64,000 nucleotides of DNA. Source: Balneolaceae bacterium (GTDB lineage: Bacteria; Bacteroidota; Rhodothermia; Balneolales; Balneolaceae). The notes under the pieces are model-generated. The model was not told the DNA's origin, made no database searches, and saw only the letters and a program-made list of their open reading frames with translations. Positions 49,792 through 59,983 of the stretch are shown here, in pieces (position 1 is the stretch's first letter; every line of letters starts with the position of its first letter). The DNA lies in the NCBI GenBank assembly GCA_003561515.1, contig PWWL01000183.1, positions 64-64,063 on the forward strand, read 5' to 3'. The position numbers and the translations under genes are program-made.

Positions 49792-50423
49792 ACGTTATTT
49801 GATTCCTTCTCACGTTCTTCATCGAACATTTTACGAAGATTAATCAGAGCGTAGCGCATTCGACCAAGTGCAGTATTAATTGATACATCCGTTAATTCTG
49901 CTATCTCTTTAAATGGCATCTCATAATAGTGCCTCAACATTACCACCGTTCGCTGCTCTTCTGGCAGGTTGGAGATGTGCTTCAACAAACTTGACGTTGA
50001 CTCATCCAGCTCCATTTTTTCCTGCTGACCAATTGCGTCCTCATCTGGCAATCTGTCGTAAAAATCTGTTTTCGATTCTTTGTCGTACGAGCTACTAACG
50101 TCAACAAATCGTTTTTGTTTTCTGATATGATCAATTGTTGCATTATGCGCAATCCGCATCACCCATGCGATCCATTTACCTTGCTCATTGTAGGTATCAT
50201 CCATTTTGGTAATGACCTTGGTGAAGGTCTCCTGAAAAATATCATTAGCCACTTCACGATTCTGAATCATACTGAAGATGTAGGAATATATCTTCGACTG
50301 ATGCCTGTTCATCAGTTCACGAAACGCAAGCTGGTCATCCTTTTTTCTGAAAAGGTGTACGAGTTCTTTATCCTGCATCTGCTCGTAATTGGATGGTATG
50401 TATTCAGTTGTTTTAAGTTTCAT
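49788..50423 (-). CDS. ECF-type sigma-70 factor
   Basis: DIFQETF, W.MRIAHN..ID region 2; LPEEQR, FKEIA, SINTALGRMRYAL region 4. Confidence 0.92.
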   Translation of the reverse strand: MKLKTTEYIPSNYEQMQDKELVHLFRKKDDQLAFRELMNRHQSKIYSYIFSMIQNREVANDIFQETFTKVITKMDDTYNEQGKWIAWVMRIAHNATIDHIRKQKRFVDVSSSYDKESKTDFYDRLPDEDAIGQQEKMELDESTSSLLKHISNLPEEQRTVVMLRHYYEMPFKEIAELTDVSINTALGRMRYALINLRKMFDEEREKESNNV

Positions 50424-50650
50424 GGCTATACGTAATTTATGATATGACACATCTACTTACAAAAACAGTTTAAAACCGTTTAACATTCATGGATAATCAG
50501 ATGTGTATTATATGTACTGCACAGATTATGCCGTTGTTTCATGTCTGCCGAAATTTCAGCAAACTTTTTACAATTCACACGTTATATGTTGATGATACGC
50601 TTTCGGAGACACCCATTCTATCACATCTTCATGTTAAGCCATCGATAAGG

Positions 50651-52477
50651 TCAATGGAAGTGGTTGTAGACAGCGGCACCGGTTTTCTCTCCCAAAAAGT
50701 CCTGTAATTCACGAAGATCTCTTTTCTTAATATTGGATACAGACCCAAACTCTTCCAGTAGTTTTTTGGCTGTTACCTCTCCCACCCCTTCGATATCCGT
50801 CAATTCTGTTTTTAATGTCCGATGTGATCTTTTTTTTCTGTGGTAGGTAATTGCAAACCTGTGAGCTTCATCCCTTGCTCTTTGCAAAAGTTTGAGTGCG
50901 GATGAAGTTTTTGGAATCATGACAGGATCTGCGCTGTCGGGTAAAAAAACTTCTTCGAGTCTTTTTGCAAGGCCTGCAACTTCACAGTTATAACGGAAAT
51001 CAATTTCGTCGAGCGCTTCAAGCGCGGCATTTAACTGCCCCCTGCCACCGTCAATCAAAATCAGGTCGGGAGGCTGCAGCTTCTCTTTTTTTATTTTGGA
51101 ATATCTCCTCTTCACAATTTCCCTCATTGAGCCATAGTCATCCGGGCCTTCAACCGTTTTGATTTTAAATCTTTTGTATTCGCTTTTTCTTGGCTGCGCA
51201 TCCACAAAAGTTACCATCGAGGCCACCGGATCAGTTCCCTGAGTGTTGGAATTATCGAAGCATTCAATTCGACGTGGCAGCCGTTGCAAACGCAGATACT
51301 CTTTCAGGTCTTTCACTGATTGTGGTATCCGTTCCCGCTCCGCTTTTTGTTTCTCAAGTTTCCGCTCGCCAAGATTCAGCCTGGCATTCGTAATGGCCAT
51401 TTTAATAAGCTGCCTTTTCTCACCAATCTGCGGCACATGGATAGGCACTTTTTTCCCGCGCTGCTCCCATAAATATTCAAGAAGCGGATCGTCATCCTCC
51501 ATCTCATGGCTGATATATACTTCATCGGGAATGGCACCCGCCATCTGGCCCGTATAATAATCTTCCACAAACGACTGCATGATTATATTTTTCGGGGTCT
51601 CCTCAATATTCTTTAAAAACCGGTGGAATTTTCCGATCAGCTTACCTTCCCTGATTTTGAACAGTACCCCGCAGGCTTCACCAAGTTCGTCATCCACCTC
51701 AATGGCAAACACATCACGATGTACATCCCTGTTTGCCACCATTTTCATTTTCTGATTGTACTTCTGAAGAGAGATCATACTGTCGCGCAGCCTGGCCGCC
51801 TGCTCGAACTCCATCGCTGACGATGCGATCTCCATCTCCTCTTTTACCTCGCGGATCAGGTCGTCCGTTCTGCCAGATAAAAGCCTCTCTACTTTCTCCA
51901 TTGCCGAATTGTACTCCCGGGGATCCCAATCACCGGAACAATTTTTCAGGTAATCGTCGAAACAGGAATGCCATTTCGGCACTCCCCGCGATTTGTCGAT
52001 CATTTTCGGAGATACCGCGCAGGTACAAAGTCCAAATGTTTTGCGGATAGTTTCCAGCATTCGCTTCATATGGCCAACATGATCGTATGGGCCAAAGTAT
52101 TTACTACCATCACTGACTACCGTTCTGGTGGGATAAACCCTCGCCTTGGAATCCCTGGTTATGCAAATGTAGGGATACGATTTATCATCGCGGTACATGA
52201 TGTTGTAGCGTGGCTGAAAACGTTTTATCAGATTATTTTCAAGGATCAGTGCCTCAGCTTCCGAATCCGTAACAATGACTTCAACATCTTCTATTTTTGA
52301 AACCATCACCCGGATCCGTCCGTCATGACTGCGCGAATCCTGAAAATAGGATCTCACCCGGTTTCTCAGTTTTTTGGCTTTCCCTACGTAGAGATGGTTC
52401 CCGCGGCCGTCTTTGAACTGATACACACCCGGTTTCTGCGGTAAATGAGCTATTTTTTCTTCGATGGATATAGACAT
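50651..52477 (-). CDS. uvrC: Excinuclease ABC subunit C
   Basis: PGVY..YVGKAK.LR.RV GIY-YIG, DDKSYPY, RIECFDNS, LILIDGG.GQ, RDEAHRFA, HhH. Confidence 0.97.
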   Translation of the reverse strand: MSISIEEKIAHLPQKPGVYQFKDGRGNHLYVGKAKKLRNRVRSYFQDSRSHDGRIRVMVSKIEDVEVIVTDSEAEALILENNLIKRFQPRYNIMYRDDKSYPYICITRDSKARVYPTRTVVSDGSKYFGPYDHVGHMKRMLETIRKTFGLCTCAVSPKMIDKSRGVPKWHSCFDDYLKNCSGDWDPREYNSAMEKVERLLSGRTDDLIREVKEEMEIASSAMEFEQAARLRDSMISLQKYNQKMKMVANRDVHRDVFAIEVDDELGEACGVLFKIREGKLIGKFHRFLKNIEETPKNIIMQSFVEDYYTGQMAGAIPDEVYISHEMEDDDPLLEYLWEQRGKKVPIHVPQIGEKRQLIKMAITNARLNLGERKLEKQKAERERIPQSVKDLKEYLRLQRLPRRIECFDNSNTQGTDPVASMVTFVDAQPRKSEYKRFKIKTVEGPDDYGSMREIVKRRYSKIKKEKLQPPDLILIDGGRGQLNAALEALDEIDFRYNCEVAGLAKRLEEVFLPDSADPVMIPKTSSALKLLQRARDEAHRFAITYHRKKRSHRTLKTELTDIEGVGEVTAKKLLEEFGSVSNIKKRDLRELQDFLGEKTGAAVYNHFH

Positions 52478-52560
52478 GGGATATCTCCGTCTGATAAAAT
52501 AAGAAAACCGAAAGCCGCCGTAAAAGTTTATATTTCACTGCTGTCACAATAACTATTCAA

Positions 52561-53292
52561 GTGGTCAACCGGCCGTGTAAAAAAAGCAATCCATTGAAAA
52601 AAACCGGAACCAAACCCGATATCACAATTTTATATGAGGATAATCACCTCCTCGTAGTACACAAGCCTTCGGGTGTACTTTCGCAGGAAGATCATACCGG
52701 CAAACCCGACATACTCACACTTTGCAAAGAGTACATTAAGCGAGAATATGATAAACCGGGAAACGTATTTCTCGGATTGCTACACAGACTCGACAGGCCG
52801 GTTAGCGGTGTAATGGTACTGGCCAAGACCTCCAAGGCAGCATCACGAATCAGCGATCAGATTCGAAAACGAAAAGTCAAAAAGACCTACCTCGCTGTGG
52901 TTGAGGGTAATGCACCGAAAAATGGATATCTGTCGCACCATCTGCTAAAAGATACTGAGAGCAACGTGACTCGCGCGGTGTCAAAAGGAACACCCGGGGC
53001 AAAAGAATCAACACTTACCTTTGAAACTCTTGAGAAAACCGGCGGGTTTTCGCTTGTTAAAATAAACCTGATTACCGGACGCGCGCACCAGATCCGGGTT
53101 CAGTTTGCCGAGGCAGGAAATGCGGTAGCAGGCGATCGCAAGTACGGTAAAAATAAGTCTGACGGCAATATCGCACTTCACGCTTATGAATTTGAACTCG
53201 AACATCCCACTCTCAAAAAATCTCAATGTTTTCAGTGCGCGCCCGAAAACAAAGCACCTTGGTTATTTTTTAAAGCTATTCAGAGCCGATAA
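52561..53292 (+). CDS. RluA family pseudouridine synthase
   Basis: ILYEDNHL, KPSG, HRLDRPVSG catalytic Asp, TGRAHQIR; start uncertain. Confidence 0.92.
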   Translation: MVNRPCKKSNPLKKTGTKPDITILYEDNHLLVVHKPSGVLSQEDHTGKPDILTLCKEYIKREYDKPGNVFLGLLHRLDRPVSGVMVLAKTSKAASRISDQIRKRKVKKTYLAVVEGNAPKNGYLSHHLLKDTESNVTRAVSKGTPGAKESTLTFETLEKTGGFSLVKINLITGRAHQIRVQFAEAGNAVAGDRKYGKNKSDGNIALHAYEFELEHPTLKKSQCFQCAPENKAPWLFFKAIQSR

Positions 53293-53457
53293 CTCACTGC
53301 AACGATTACGTTTACTTCTGAAATTATGTAAATATAAAAACCCCGTTTTATTGAATGATCGGCAAACTCTTTTCGTTTTGACCTTAATAAACCGGAAATC
53401 GAAATTCATCTTTGACTACCGGACACGACGTAAACGTTCATACCCGTGCAGTAATTT

Positions 53458-54357
53458 ATGGACAAGCTGACAAAGAAACAGGCGCTTGATTTATTACCCG
53501 CAGTTGTAGACGGCGAAGCTACAGAAGAAGAAAGAAATGCCTTTTTTGCATTCCTGGAAACAAATAAAGAAGTTCGTGACGAGTACGAAAGCGCCATTCT
53601 TGTAAAAGAACTTCTAGCCAAACGCCTTTCACGAGTTAAAGCTCCCCCTCATTTGCGTAAAAAAGTGCTGGATTTAATCAGCGATGCTCAGAATGAAGAT
53701 CAGCTCCGTGATATCCCTGCATCAGAAACAAAACAAGATCTTCCTCCCGGAAGACTCTATAAATCCGAAAGAGTTTCACTTTGGAAGCCTGCATTCAGAT
53801 ACATTGCCGCGGCAGCAGTAATCCTTTTCATAACGTTAACAACGGTAGAACTCCTCGACAGAACTACAGGCAATGCAGTTCTTCAACAGGAGATTGTTGA
53901 GAATTACACCGCAATTCACTTCCTGAACAGCCACGGAAAGCTTTCCGAACCACACTTCAGAACCTCATCCCTGGCGGAGGCAGAGAAACATCTGCTTGAT
54001 GATCACGGAATTAACATGACCGTACCACCGATTTCCGGAGCCGAGTTTGCGGGACTGTTTATTGCTGACTTCTACAATGGTTTTCAAACGCCCCTGCTTG
54101 GCTATTATCAGCCTGATATTGACGAGACTATATTTGTATTCGCCTTCGAAATAGATAAGATTTATACGCATGAAGCCTTAAAAAGGCATGATGAAGCTGT
54201 GGAGCATTGCAAATCGAATACTGACTTCTACGTAGCTGAAATCGAAAACCACCACGTGGTTTCATGGACGTGGGATGGTAACTGGTACACAGCTGTCTCA
54301 AATCATAATGGATACGATCTGGCGTCTCTCATAGAACCGTTGCAGTATTCGCGATAA
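53458..54357 (+). CDS. Transmembrane anti-sigma factor family protein
   Basis: LL.A.VDGE...EER anti-sigma domain, KAP..LR, single TM helix, periplasmic domain. Confidence 0.7.
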   Translation: MDKLTKKQALDLLPAVVDGEATEEERNAFFAFLETNKEVRDEYESAILVKELLAKRLSRVKAPPHLRKKVLDLISDAQNEDQLRDIPASETKQDLPPGRLYKSERVSLWKPAFRYIAAAAVILFITLTTVELLDRTTGNAVLQQEIVENYTAIHFLNSHGKLSEPHFRTSSLAEAEKHLLDDHGINMTVPPISGAEFAGLFIADFYNGFQTPLLGYYQPDIDETIFVFAFEIDKIYTHEALKRHDEAVEHCKSNTDFYVAEIENHHVVSWTWDGNWYTAVSNHNGYDLASLIEPLQYSR

Positions 54358-54564
54358 TCTTTGGTTTTTTAGAAACACAGCAAGCTTGTAGACTCTGTAA
54401 AAGAATCCCGGAAATCATTTACAAATCAAACTGTGAGTGTAAATACCCCAGCCCTCCTGTCAAGCAATCGTTCTGGACAAAGGTATTAAAGCTGTGCTGA
54501 AAGAAGCTGCCAATCTACCATGGCCCTTACATTCCGTACAGTTGGATAAACGGATTTTACAGTA

Positions 54565-55731
54565 CTATCCGAAGACGTCCTTAATTTTGGAGAAGAAACT
54601 TTTTTCACGCTCCCTTGCTTCAGAGGGATCAAAGTGTTTCTCTCCTCTCAGGGCTTCAATGTGCTTGCGCTCTTCTGCGGTAAGATCTTTTGGTACGTAG
54701 ACATTCACACGGATAAACTGATCTCCTGTACCGGAGTTATTTAGGCCGCGGATTCCACGTTCTTTCATTCTAAGCAGTTTTCCCGGCTGAGTTCCGGGTT
54801 CAATCTTCACCTTGGCCTGTCCCTTCAGAGTTGGCACTTTCACTTCGGTACCCAGGATAGCATCAGGAATGCTCAGGTTCAGGTCGTAGAAAATGTCGTT
54901 TCCATCACGCTCAAAATGTTCGTGTTCAATTTCTTCAATCAGAACAATTAAATCGCCTGGCTCACCACCGCGTACTCCAGCATTCCCCTGTCTGCGCAGG
55001 GTGATGTAATTACCATTGGCAACACCGGATGGAATGTTCACCTTAATTTTTTCCTCACTTTTCACACGGCCTTCCCCGCCACAGGATGTGCAGCGGTTGC
55101 GGATGATGCGTCCTTCGCCGCTGCAGGTTGGGCAGGGTTGCACATTTACAAACTGCCCAAACATGGTTCTCGACACCTGGCGAACTTCTCCGACACCACT
55201 ACAGGTACCGCAGGTTTCGAAATCAGATTCGGTTTCCGCACCGGTGCCGTTACAGGCATCACACTTCACCTGTTTTTTCACCTTCAGGGTTTTTTCAACA
55301 CCCTCTGCTATTTCCTCAAGCGAAAGTTCAACATGCAGCTTCATGTCCGCACCTGGCCGACCGGTACCTCTGCGTCGCCTGCTTTGGCTTCGGCCACCGC
55401 CGAATGGATCGCCGCCAAAAATATCGGCGCCAAATATATCGCTGAAACGACTGAAGATGTCTTCAAAATCGGCATTTCCAAAATCGGAAGCGCCGCCAAA
55501 ACCGCCATTCATACCCGAATGACCAAATTGGTCGTATCGCTGCCGTTTTTGAGGATCCCGGAGAACGTCGTACGCTTCCGACGCTTCCTTAAATTTCTTT
55601 TCTGCTTCGGCATCCCCTTTATTTCGGTCGGGATGGTACTTCATGGCAAGCTTCCGGTATGCCTTTTTCAGCTCGGCATCACCTGCGCTTTTGTCAACGC
55701 CTAATACTTCGTAATAATCTCTTTTCGACAT
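54565..55731 (-). CDS. dnaJ: Chaperone DnaJ
   Basis: J-domain HPD, G/F region, four CxxCxGxG repeats. Confidence 0.98.
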   Translation of the reverse strand: MSKRDYYEVLGVDKSAGDAELKKAYRKLAMKYHPDRNKGDAEAEKKFKEASEAYDVLRDPQKRQRYDQFGHSGMNGGFGGASDFGNADFEDIFSRFSDIFGADIFGGDPFGGGRSQSRRRRGTGRPGADMKLHVELSLEEIAEGVEKTLKVKKQVKCDACNGTGAETESDFETCGTCSGVGEVRQVSRTMFGQFVNVQPCPTCSGEGRIIRNRCTSCGGEGRVKSEEKIKVNIPSGVANGNYITLRRQGNAGVRGGEPGDLIVLIEEIEHEHFERDGNDIFYDLNLSIPDAILGTEVKVPTLKGQAKVKIEPGTQPGKLLRMKERGIRGLNNSGTGDQFIRVNVYVPKDLTAEERKHIEALRGEKHFDPSEAREREKSFFSKIKDVFG

Positions 55732-55743
55732 CTTACATCCTGC

Positions 55744-56349
55744 TTATTCACTCACAATTACTTTTGCGTGCCGGAGGGTTTTTTCACCCATTCTGTATCC
55801 GTTCTCAAAAACCTGAAGTACGGTTCCGCTTTCTATGGAATTATCCTCCGGTTTCTGCCTCATCAGGGCATCGTGCAGGTCCACATCAAAAGGTACGCCG
55901 GTTTCATTGATGGTTTCCACATTGTACCGGTTTAGCACGTCCTCAAATTTTTCAGCAACCAGGCGTATCCCGTCGATGTACGCCTTGTCGGCATTTGCAC
56001 TTTCGAGTGCGTTCAGGGTTCTAAGCAGATCGTCATACACCGGTAAAAAAGCCTCTATGGATGTCTCTTTTGATGTCTGAAATACCTGATCTCTTTCGCG
56101 CTGGAGACGCTTTTTAAAATTCTCCATTTCCGCGGCCCTTCTTAGCTGGGTTTCTTTCAGCTGTTCAAGTTCCTGCTCAAGCTCGTTAATTTTATTTTGC
56201 TGATCTAAAAGAATCTGATCGGTATCAGAATTGCTCCGGGCATCCTCAGGCAAATCGTCTGCAATACTTTCTTCTGACTCATGCTGCCCGGAAAATTCTG
56301 CAGCCTCGTTCATTTCCATTTCCTGTTCTTCTGCCTGTTTCTTACTCAT
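55744..56349 (-). CDS. grpE: Nucleotide exchange factor GrpE
   Basis: R..AEMENFKKR, LPVYDDL.R, FD..LHDA, GY.....LR.AKV.V; start at MSKKQ. Confidence 0.95.
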   Translation of the reverse strand: MSKKQAEEQEMEMNEAAEFSGQHESEESIADDLPEDARSNSDTDQILLDQQNKINELEQELEQLKETQLRRAAEMENFKKRLQRERDQVFQTSKETSIEAFLPVYDDLLRTLNALESANADKAYIDGIRLVAEKFEDVLNRYNVETINETGVPFDVDLHDALMRQKPEDNSIESGTVLQVFENGYRMGEKTLRHAKVIVSE

Positions 56350-56438
56350 CTGTAGTACTTCTGGTATTAAAGCTTTTTGTTGATTTCCAGCCGGCGCTGT
56401 GCGGCCATCTTTTGTAAAATTTGTTTTTCTCAGTTTGA

Positions 56439-56454
56439 AGCAAATAACATGCCA
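56439..56454 (-). promoter_or_regulatory. Sigma-54 type -24/-12 promoter upstream of grpE-dnaJ
   Basis: Minus-strand TGGCATGTTATTTGCT against consensus TGGCACG-N4-TTGC(A/T), exact spacing, about 90 bp upstream of the ATG. Confidence 0.65.
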
Positions 56455-56517
56455 CAAAGCCAAATCCTAACAGTTCGTCACAACCACCTACGAAAAGTTC
56501 ACGAATATCGTTTGTGA

Positions 56518-56901
56518 TTACTCGCCTTCAAAAAAGAACTCAATCATGTTGCCGTCGGGGTCGGAGGCGAAAACAAACCGTCCTTTCTTTCTGTTGGCCG
56601 GCCCGCTAAGGATGGTCACTTCCTTGTCGCGCAGGTAGGTTGCCATCTCGTCAACCTGATCGGCCGAATCGAGATAAAACCCGATATGATCTACCCTGAA
56701 ATCTCGCGAATTGGGATCATAACTTGTCTCAGCCTCAACAATAACGAGGGTATCTTCCTTCCCGATTTTGTAGACGGCCATACTTTGGCCCATCTTTTTT
56801 ACGAGTTCAAATCCAAGAATGTCACCATAGAACTGTTCGGCACGTTCTATCTCGTTTACCCTGATTGTCATGTGATTTATTCCGGATGGCTTAAAATTCA
56901 T
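56518..56901 (-). CDS. VOC/glyoxalase family protein
   Basis: GINHMTI, FYGDILGF, DHIGF, DPDGNMIEF. Confidence 0.9.
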   Translation of the reverse strand: MNFKPSGINHMTIRVNEIERAEQFYGDILGFELVKKMGQSMAVYKIGKEDTLVIVEAETSYDPNSRDFRVDHIGFYLDSADQVDEMATYLRDKEVTILSGPANRKKGRFVFASDPDGNMIEFFFEGE

Positions 56902-57047
56902 ACGTTTTATCTGTTTTTATACTTTTATGGATTCGGGTTAAACTACAAGTTTTTGTTATTATCTTTGATATCAATTTTCAGCCGGCGCCCGGCATCGAAT
57001 TTAGGGCACACCCGGTAAACTCCAGCAAATTTCATAATCCGCCTGGC

Positions 57048-57731
57048 TTGGCAACTCTCTACCTTGTGGCAACCCCGATCGGCAACCTGAACGACTTTTC
57101 ACCAAGAGCGGCTGAAGTGTTGAAATCCGTAGATCAGATTGCCTGTGAGGATACCCGTACCTCGGGTGTGCTGCTCCAGCACTATCAAATCAACAAACCT
57201 ACCTTTTCGTTTCATCAGCACAATGAGCACCAAAAGGTTGGCCACATTGTGAACCTACTCAACAGCGGACTGAACATCGCATTGATCTCAGACGCCGGCA
57301 TGCCGGGCATTTCAGATCCAGGATTTCTTGCGGCTCGGGCGGCCCATCAAAACGGTCACACGGTTTCTGCAATACCGGGCCCGGATGCGCTAACGACGGC
57401 GCTTGCCGCCTGCGGACTGCCTTGCGACCGCTTCGTGTTCGAGGGATTTCTTCCGCCCAAAAAAGGGCGCCAGACGCGGATCAGGGCCATCGCCGATTCC
57501 GACATTACGTCCGTGGTGTACGAAAGCCCGCACAAGCTTCTGAGATTTCTCAAACAGCTGCACGAATTTGCAGGCGATGAACGATGGGTGTGCGTTGCCC
57601 GCGAACTCACAAAGAAATTCGAAGAGATAGACCGAGGGCAACTTGGTGAACTCTGCAAGCGCTGGTCTGAACGCGACTCTGTTAAAGGCGAGATTGTGGT
57701 TGTGATATCAGGAAACGGGTACAGCGAATAA
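57048..57731 (+). CDS. rsmI: 16S rRNA (cytidine1402-2'-O)-methyltransferase
   Basis: LYLVATPIGNL, ACEDTR, SDAGMPGISDPG, YESPH, RELTK.FEE, KGEIV. Confidence 0.95.
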   Translation: MATLYLVATPIGNLNDFSPRAAEVLKSVDQIACEDTRTSGVLLQHYQINKPTFSFHQHNEHQKVGHIVNLLNSGLNIALISDAGMPGISDPGFLAARAAHQNGHTVSAIPGPDALTTALAACGLPCDRFVFEGFLPPKKGRQTRIRAIADSDITSVVYESPHKLLRFLKQLHEFAGDERWVCVARELTKKFEEIDRGQLGELCKRWSERDSVKGEIVVVISGNGYSE

Positions 57732-57770
57732 TGATCTCTCCCGGAATGGTTGAATGCACAGTAAGACATT

Positions 57771-59312
57771 ATGAATCGGTTTAAGTTCTGGGATCACCAC
57801 TGGGCCCTCTCCATCACGGCAGGCATTTTGCTTGGGTTATCCTTCCCGCCGTTTGATCTCTCCATACTCCAGATTCCGGCATTCATCTGCCTGTTCAGGT
57901 TGATGCAGATCAGCACTTCATGGCGCCAGGCCATCTATTACGCGTACCCGTCGCTGGTACTGTGGAACCTGATTGTTACCTACTGGCTGATGATGGCAAC
58001 CATAACCGGCGGAATTGCGGCCATCCTGGCCAATGCCGCCATCATGCTGTTGCCGCTGCTGCTTATTCGCTCGCTCTTTGGCTCATCCATACACCCCGTG
58101 CTGCAGGCGCTGGTTGCAACGGCTCTCTGGATCAGCTACGAATTTCTGCACCACCACTGGGACCTCGCCTGGCCATGGCTCACACTTGGCAACGGATGGG
58201 CAAACCTGACCGGCCCGATTCAGTTTATATCGGTGACCGGGGTTCACGGAATCTCTTTCTGGATTCTATTCTCAGCGGCACTCTTTTACAAATACCTCGA
58301 AGAGCCGGTGAAACCGCTGCTTTACAGCGGCATTCTTGTGTTTCTCGCCTTCCCTGTCTTTTCAGTACTCGCCACGATCACGGTTCAGTCGGCCGATGGC
58401 GATCCCGTTGAAGTTGCCGTCATACAGCCGAACTCCGACTCTTATGAACAGCACGGCGGCCATGGCTCTATTCAGAATCTGCTGGATTACCTGCTCACAC
58501 TCTCCTCAAATGTAGTCACCGAAAATACTGATCTGATTCTCTGGCCGGAGAATGCTATCGACACCGGCCTTCCCCTGCGCAATTACTATTTCGATGTGAT
58601 CTCCGATTCCTTGCGGGCATGGAACACGCAGCTCATCACAGGTTCTGGGTTTTTGGAGTATTTCGGGGAGGACAACCTGCCTCCTGTGTATCGTACAACC
58701 ATTAATGACAGGCACTACATAATCTTTAACGCTGCCTTTCAGCTAACTCCTGACAAGGAGCCAGTTGTTTACCGGAAGGCACAGCTGGTGCCTGTTGTTG
58801 AAAGGCCGCCCTTTCTGAACTTCTTTGCCGCCGCCGACATTTTAGGTCTGGTTGACTGGGGAAGCCAGATGGGATATGGGCGCGGTACCGAAATGGTCAA
58901 CTTCGATGTAAACGGCCACAGCACCCCTGCGCTGATCTGTTACGATTCCGTATTCTCTTCATGGGTAAACCGCTCTGTGAACAAGGGAGCCGATTTTTTG
59001 ACCATCATCACCAACGACGGCTGGTGGGGCGACTCGAACGGGCATCTGCAGCATTTTGCCTACGCGCGCATCCGGGCCATCGAGCAGCGGCGCTGGATAG
59101 CACGATCGGCCAACAACGGCATCTCCGGCATCATCTCGCCCGACGGCAAGGTACAGCTCCAAACCGAATACTGGACCGAAGATGCATTCACCTTCACCAT
59201 CTACACCAATCAGCAAAAAACCTTCTATGCCCGCTACGGAGAATGGTTCGCCCAGCTAATGCTGATCATTTCCGCACTTGGGCTGGTCCTGATCTCGATA
59301 CGCAGGAAATAA
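57771..59312 (+). CDS. lnt: Apolipoprotein N-acyltransferase
   Basis: TM region, WPE (Glu), YRKAQLVP (Lys), ICYDS (Cys), TNDGWWG, RAIE, RSANNGIS. Confidence 0.93.
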   Translation: MNRFKFWDHHWALSITAGILLGLSFPPFDLSILQIPAFICLFRLMQISTSWRQAIYYAYPSLVLWNLIVTYWLMMATITGGIAAILANAAIMLLPLLLIRSLFGSSIHPVLQALVATALWISYEFLHHHWDLAWPWLTLGNGWANLTGPIQFISVTGVHGISFWILFSAALFYKYLEEPVKPLLYSGILVFLAFPVFSVLATITVQSADGDPVEVAVIQPNSDSYEQHGGHGSIQNLLDYLLTLSSNVVTENTDLILWPENAIDTGLPLRNYYFDVISDSLRAWNTQLITGSGFLEYFGEDNLPPVYRTTINDRHYIIFNAAFQLTPDKEPVVYRKAQLVPVVERPPFLNFFAAADILGLVDWGSQMGYGRGTEMVNFDVNGHSTPALICYDSVFSSWVNRSVNKGADFLTIITNDGWWGDSNGHLQHFAYARIRAIEQRRWIARSANNGISGIISPDGKVQLQTEYWTEDAFTFTIYTNQQKTFYARYGEWFAQLMLIISALGLVLISIRRK

Positions 59313-59334
59313 TTTCAGAGGAGGGGTCGGGCAT

Positions 59335-59348
59335 CCCTCTCGAGAGGG
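59335..59348. repeat. Short REP-like palindrome CCCTCTCGAGAGGG
   Basis: Perfect 14-bp palindrome downstream of lnt. Confidence 0.55.
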
Positions 59349-59482
59349 GATCTAGGGGTATGTTGCTGAAGGGTAAAAACGTCGATTCAAGTCAAGAAAC
59401 TCACATTTCCCAAATCTGCCACTGGAAGAATTTGGAACCTGTATCATTGGTAAATCAAGTTGATATTTTGGCGGGATGGGTA

Positions 59483-59677
59483 CTGTCGCAGGCCTTCAGC
59501 CTGCCCAGATGATACACTTTACAAACCCGGGGCGTTGCCCCGGGCTGTGATATATAAGGCTTTCAGCCTTATTTGATTGGCATTATTATCAGGCTGATAA
59601 CCTGAGAGAACACAGCTTGGGGCAACGCCCCAAATAAACAGATATCGACCGTCGGGCAGGCTGAAGGCCTGCAACAG
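59483..59677. repeat. REPIN-like ~195-bp composite inverted repeat
   Basis: Outer arms 59483-59506 and 59654-59677 match at 23 of 24 positions; inner arms 59529-59569 and 59591-59631 (GGGGCGTTGCCCC..GCTGTG..CAGCCT). Confidence 0.8.
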
Positions 59678-59983
59678 CTCTTAGTTTTTTCAAAATGAGT
59701 TACTTGTGAAATGGTGCAATACCCAGAAAAAATGTTTAGACCTGATAAATATTAATACAAACAAAATTGTGTCCACAAAATTGAAAGTATTTTGATCGGG
59801 ATTTGGCGCAGGCAGGGGTGTGAATGTGAAAAGAATTAGTTAGTCATACACACATCAATATTCTATTGTCATGGATTACCACGGAAATCCTCCGTAACCT
59901 TCCGGTCTTCCGTGGCATTACTGCACATCCTCCGGAAAAGAATCAAACCAATGCAAAACCTCATAACCCATACTCTCGAAACT

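Noticed and set aside
56350-56463. N-terminal extension of GrpE
   Set aside because: It covers the predicted promoter; MSKKQ at 56349 is the likelier start
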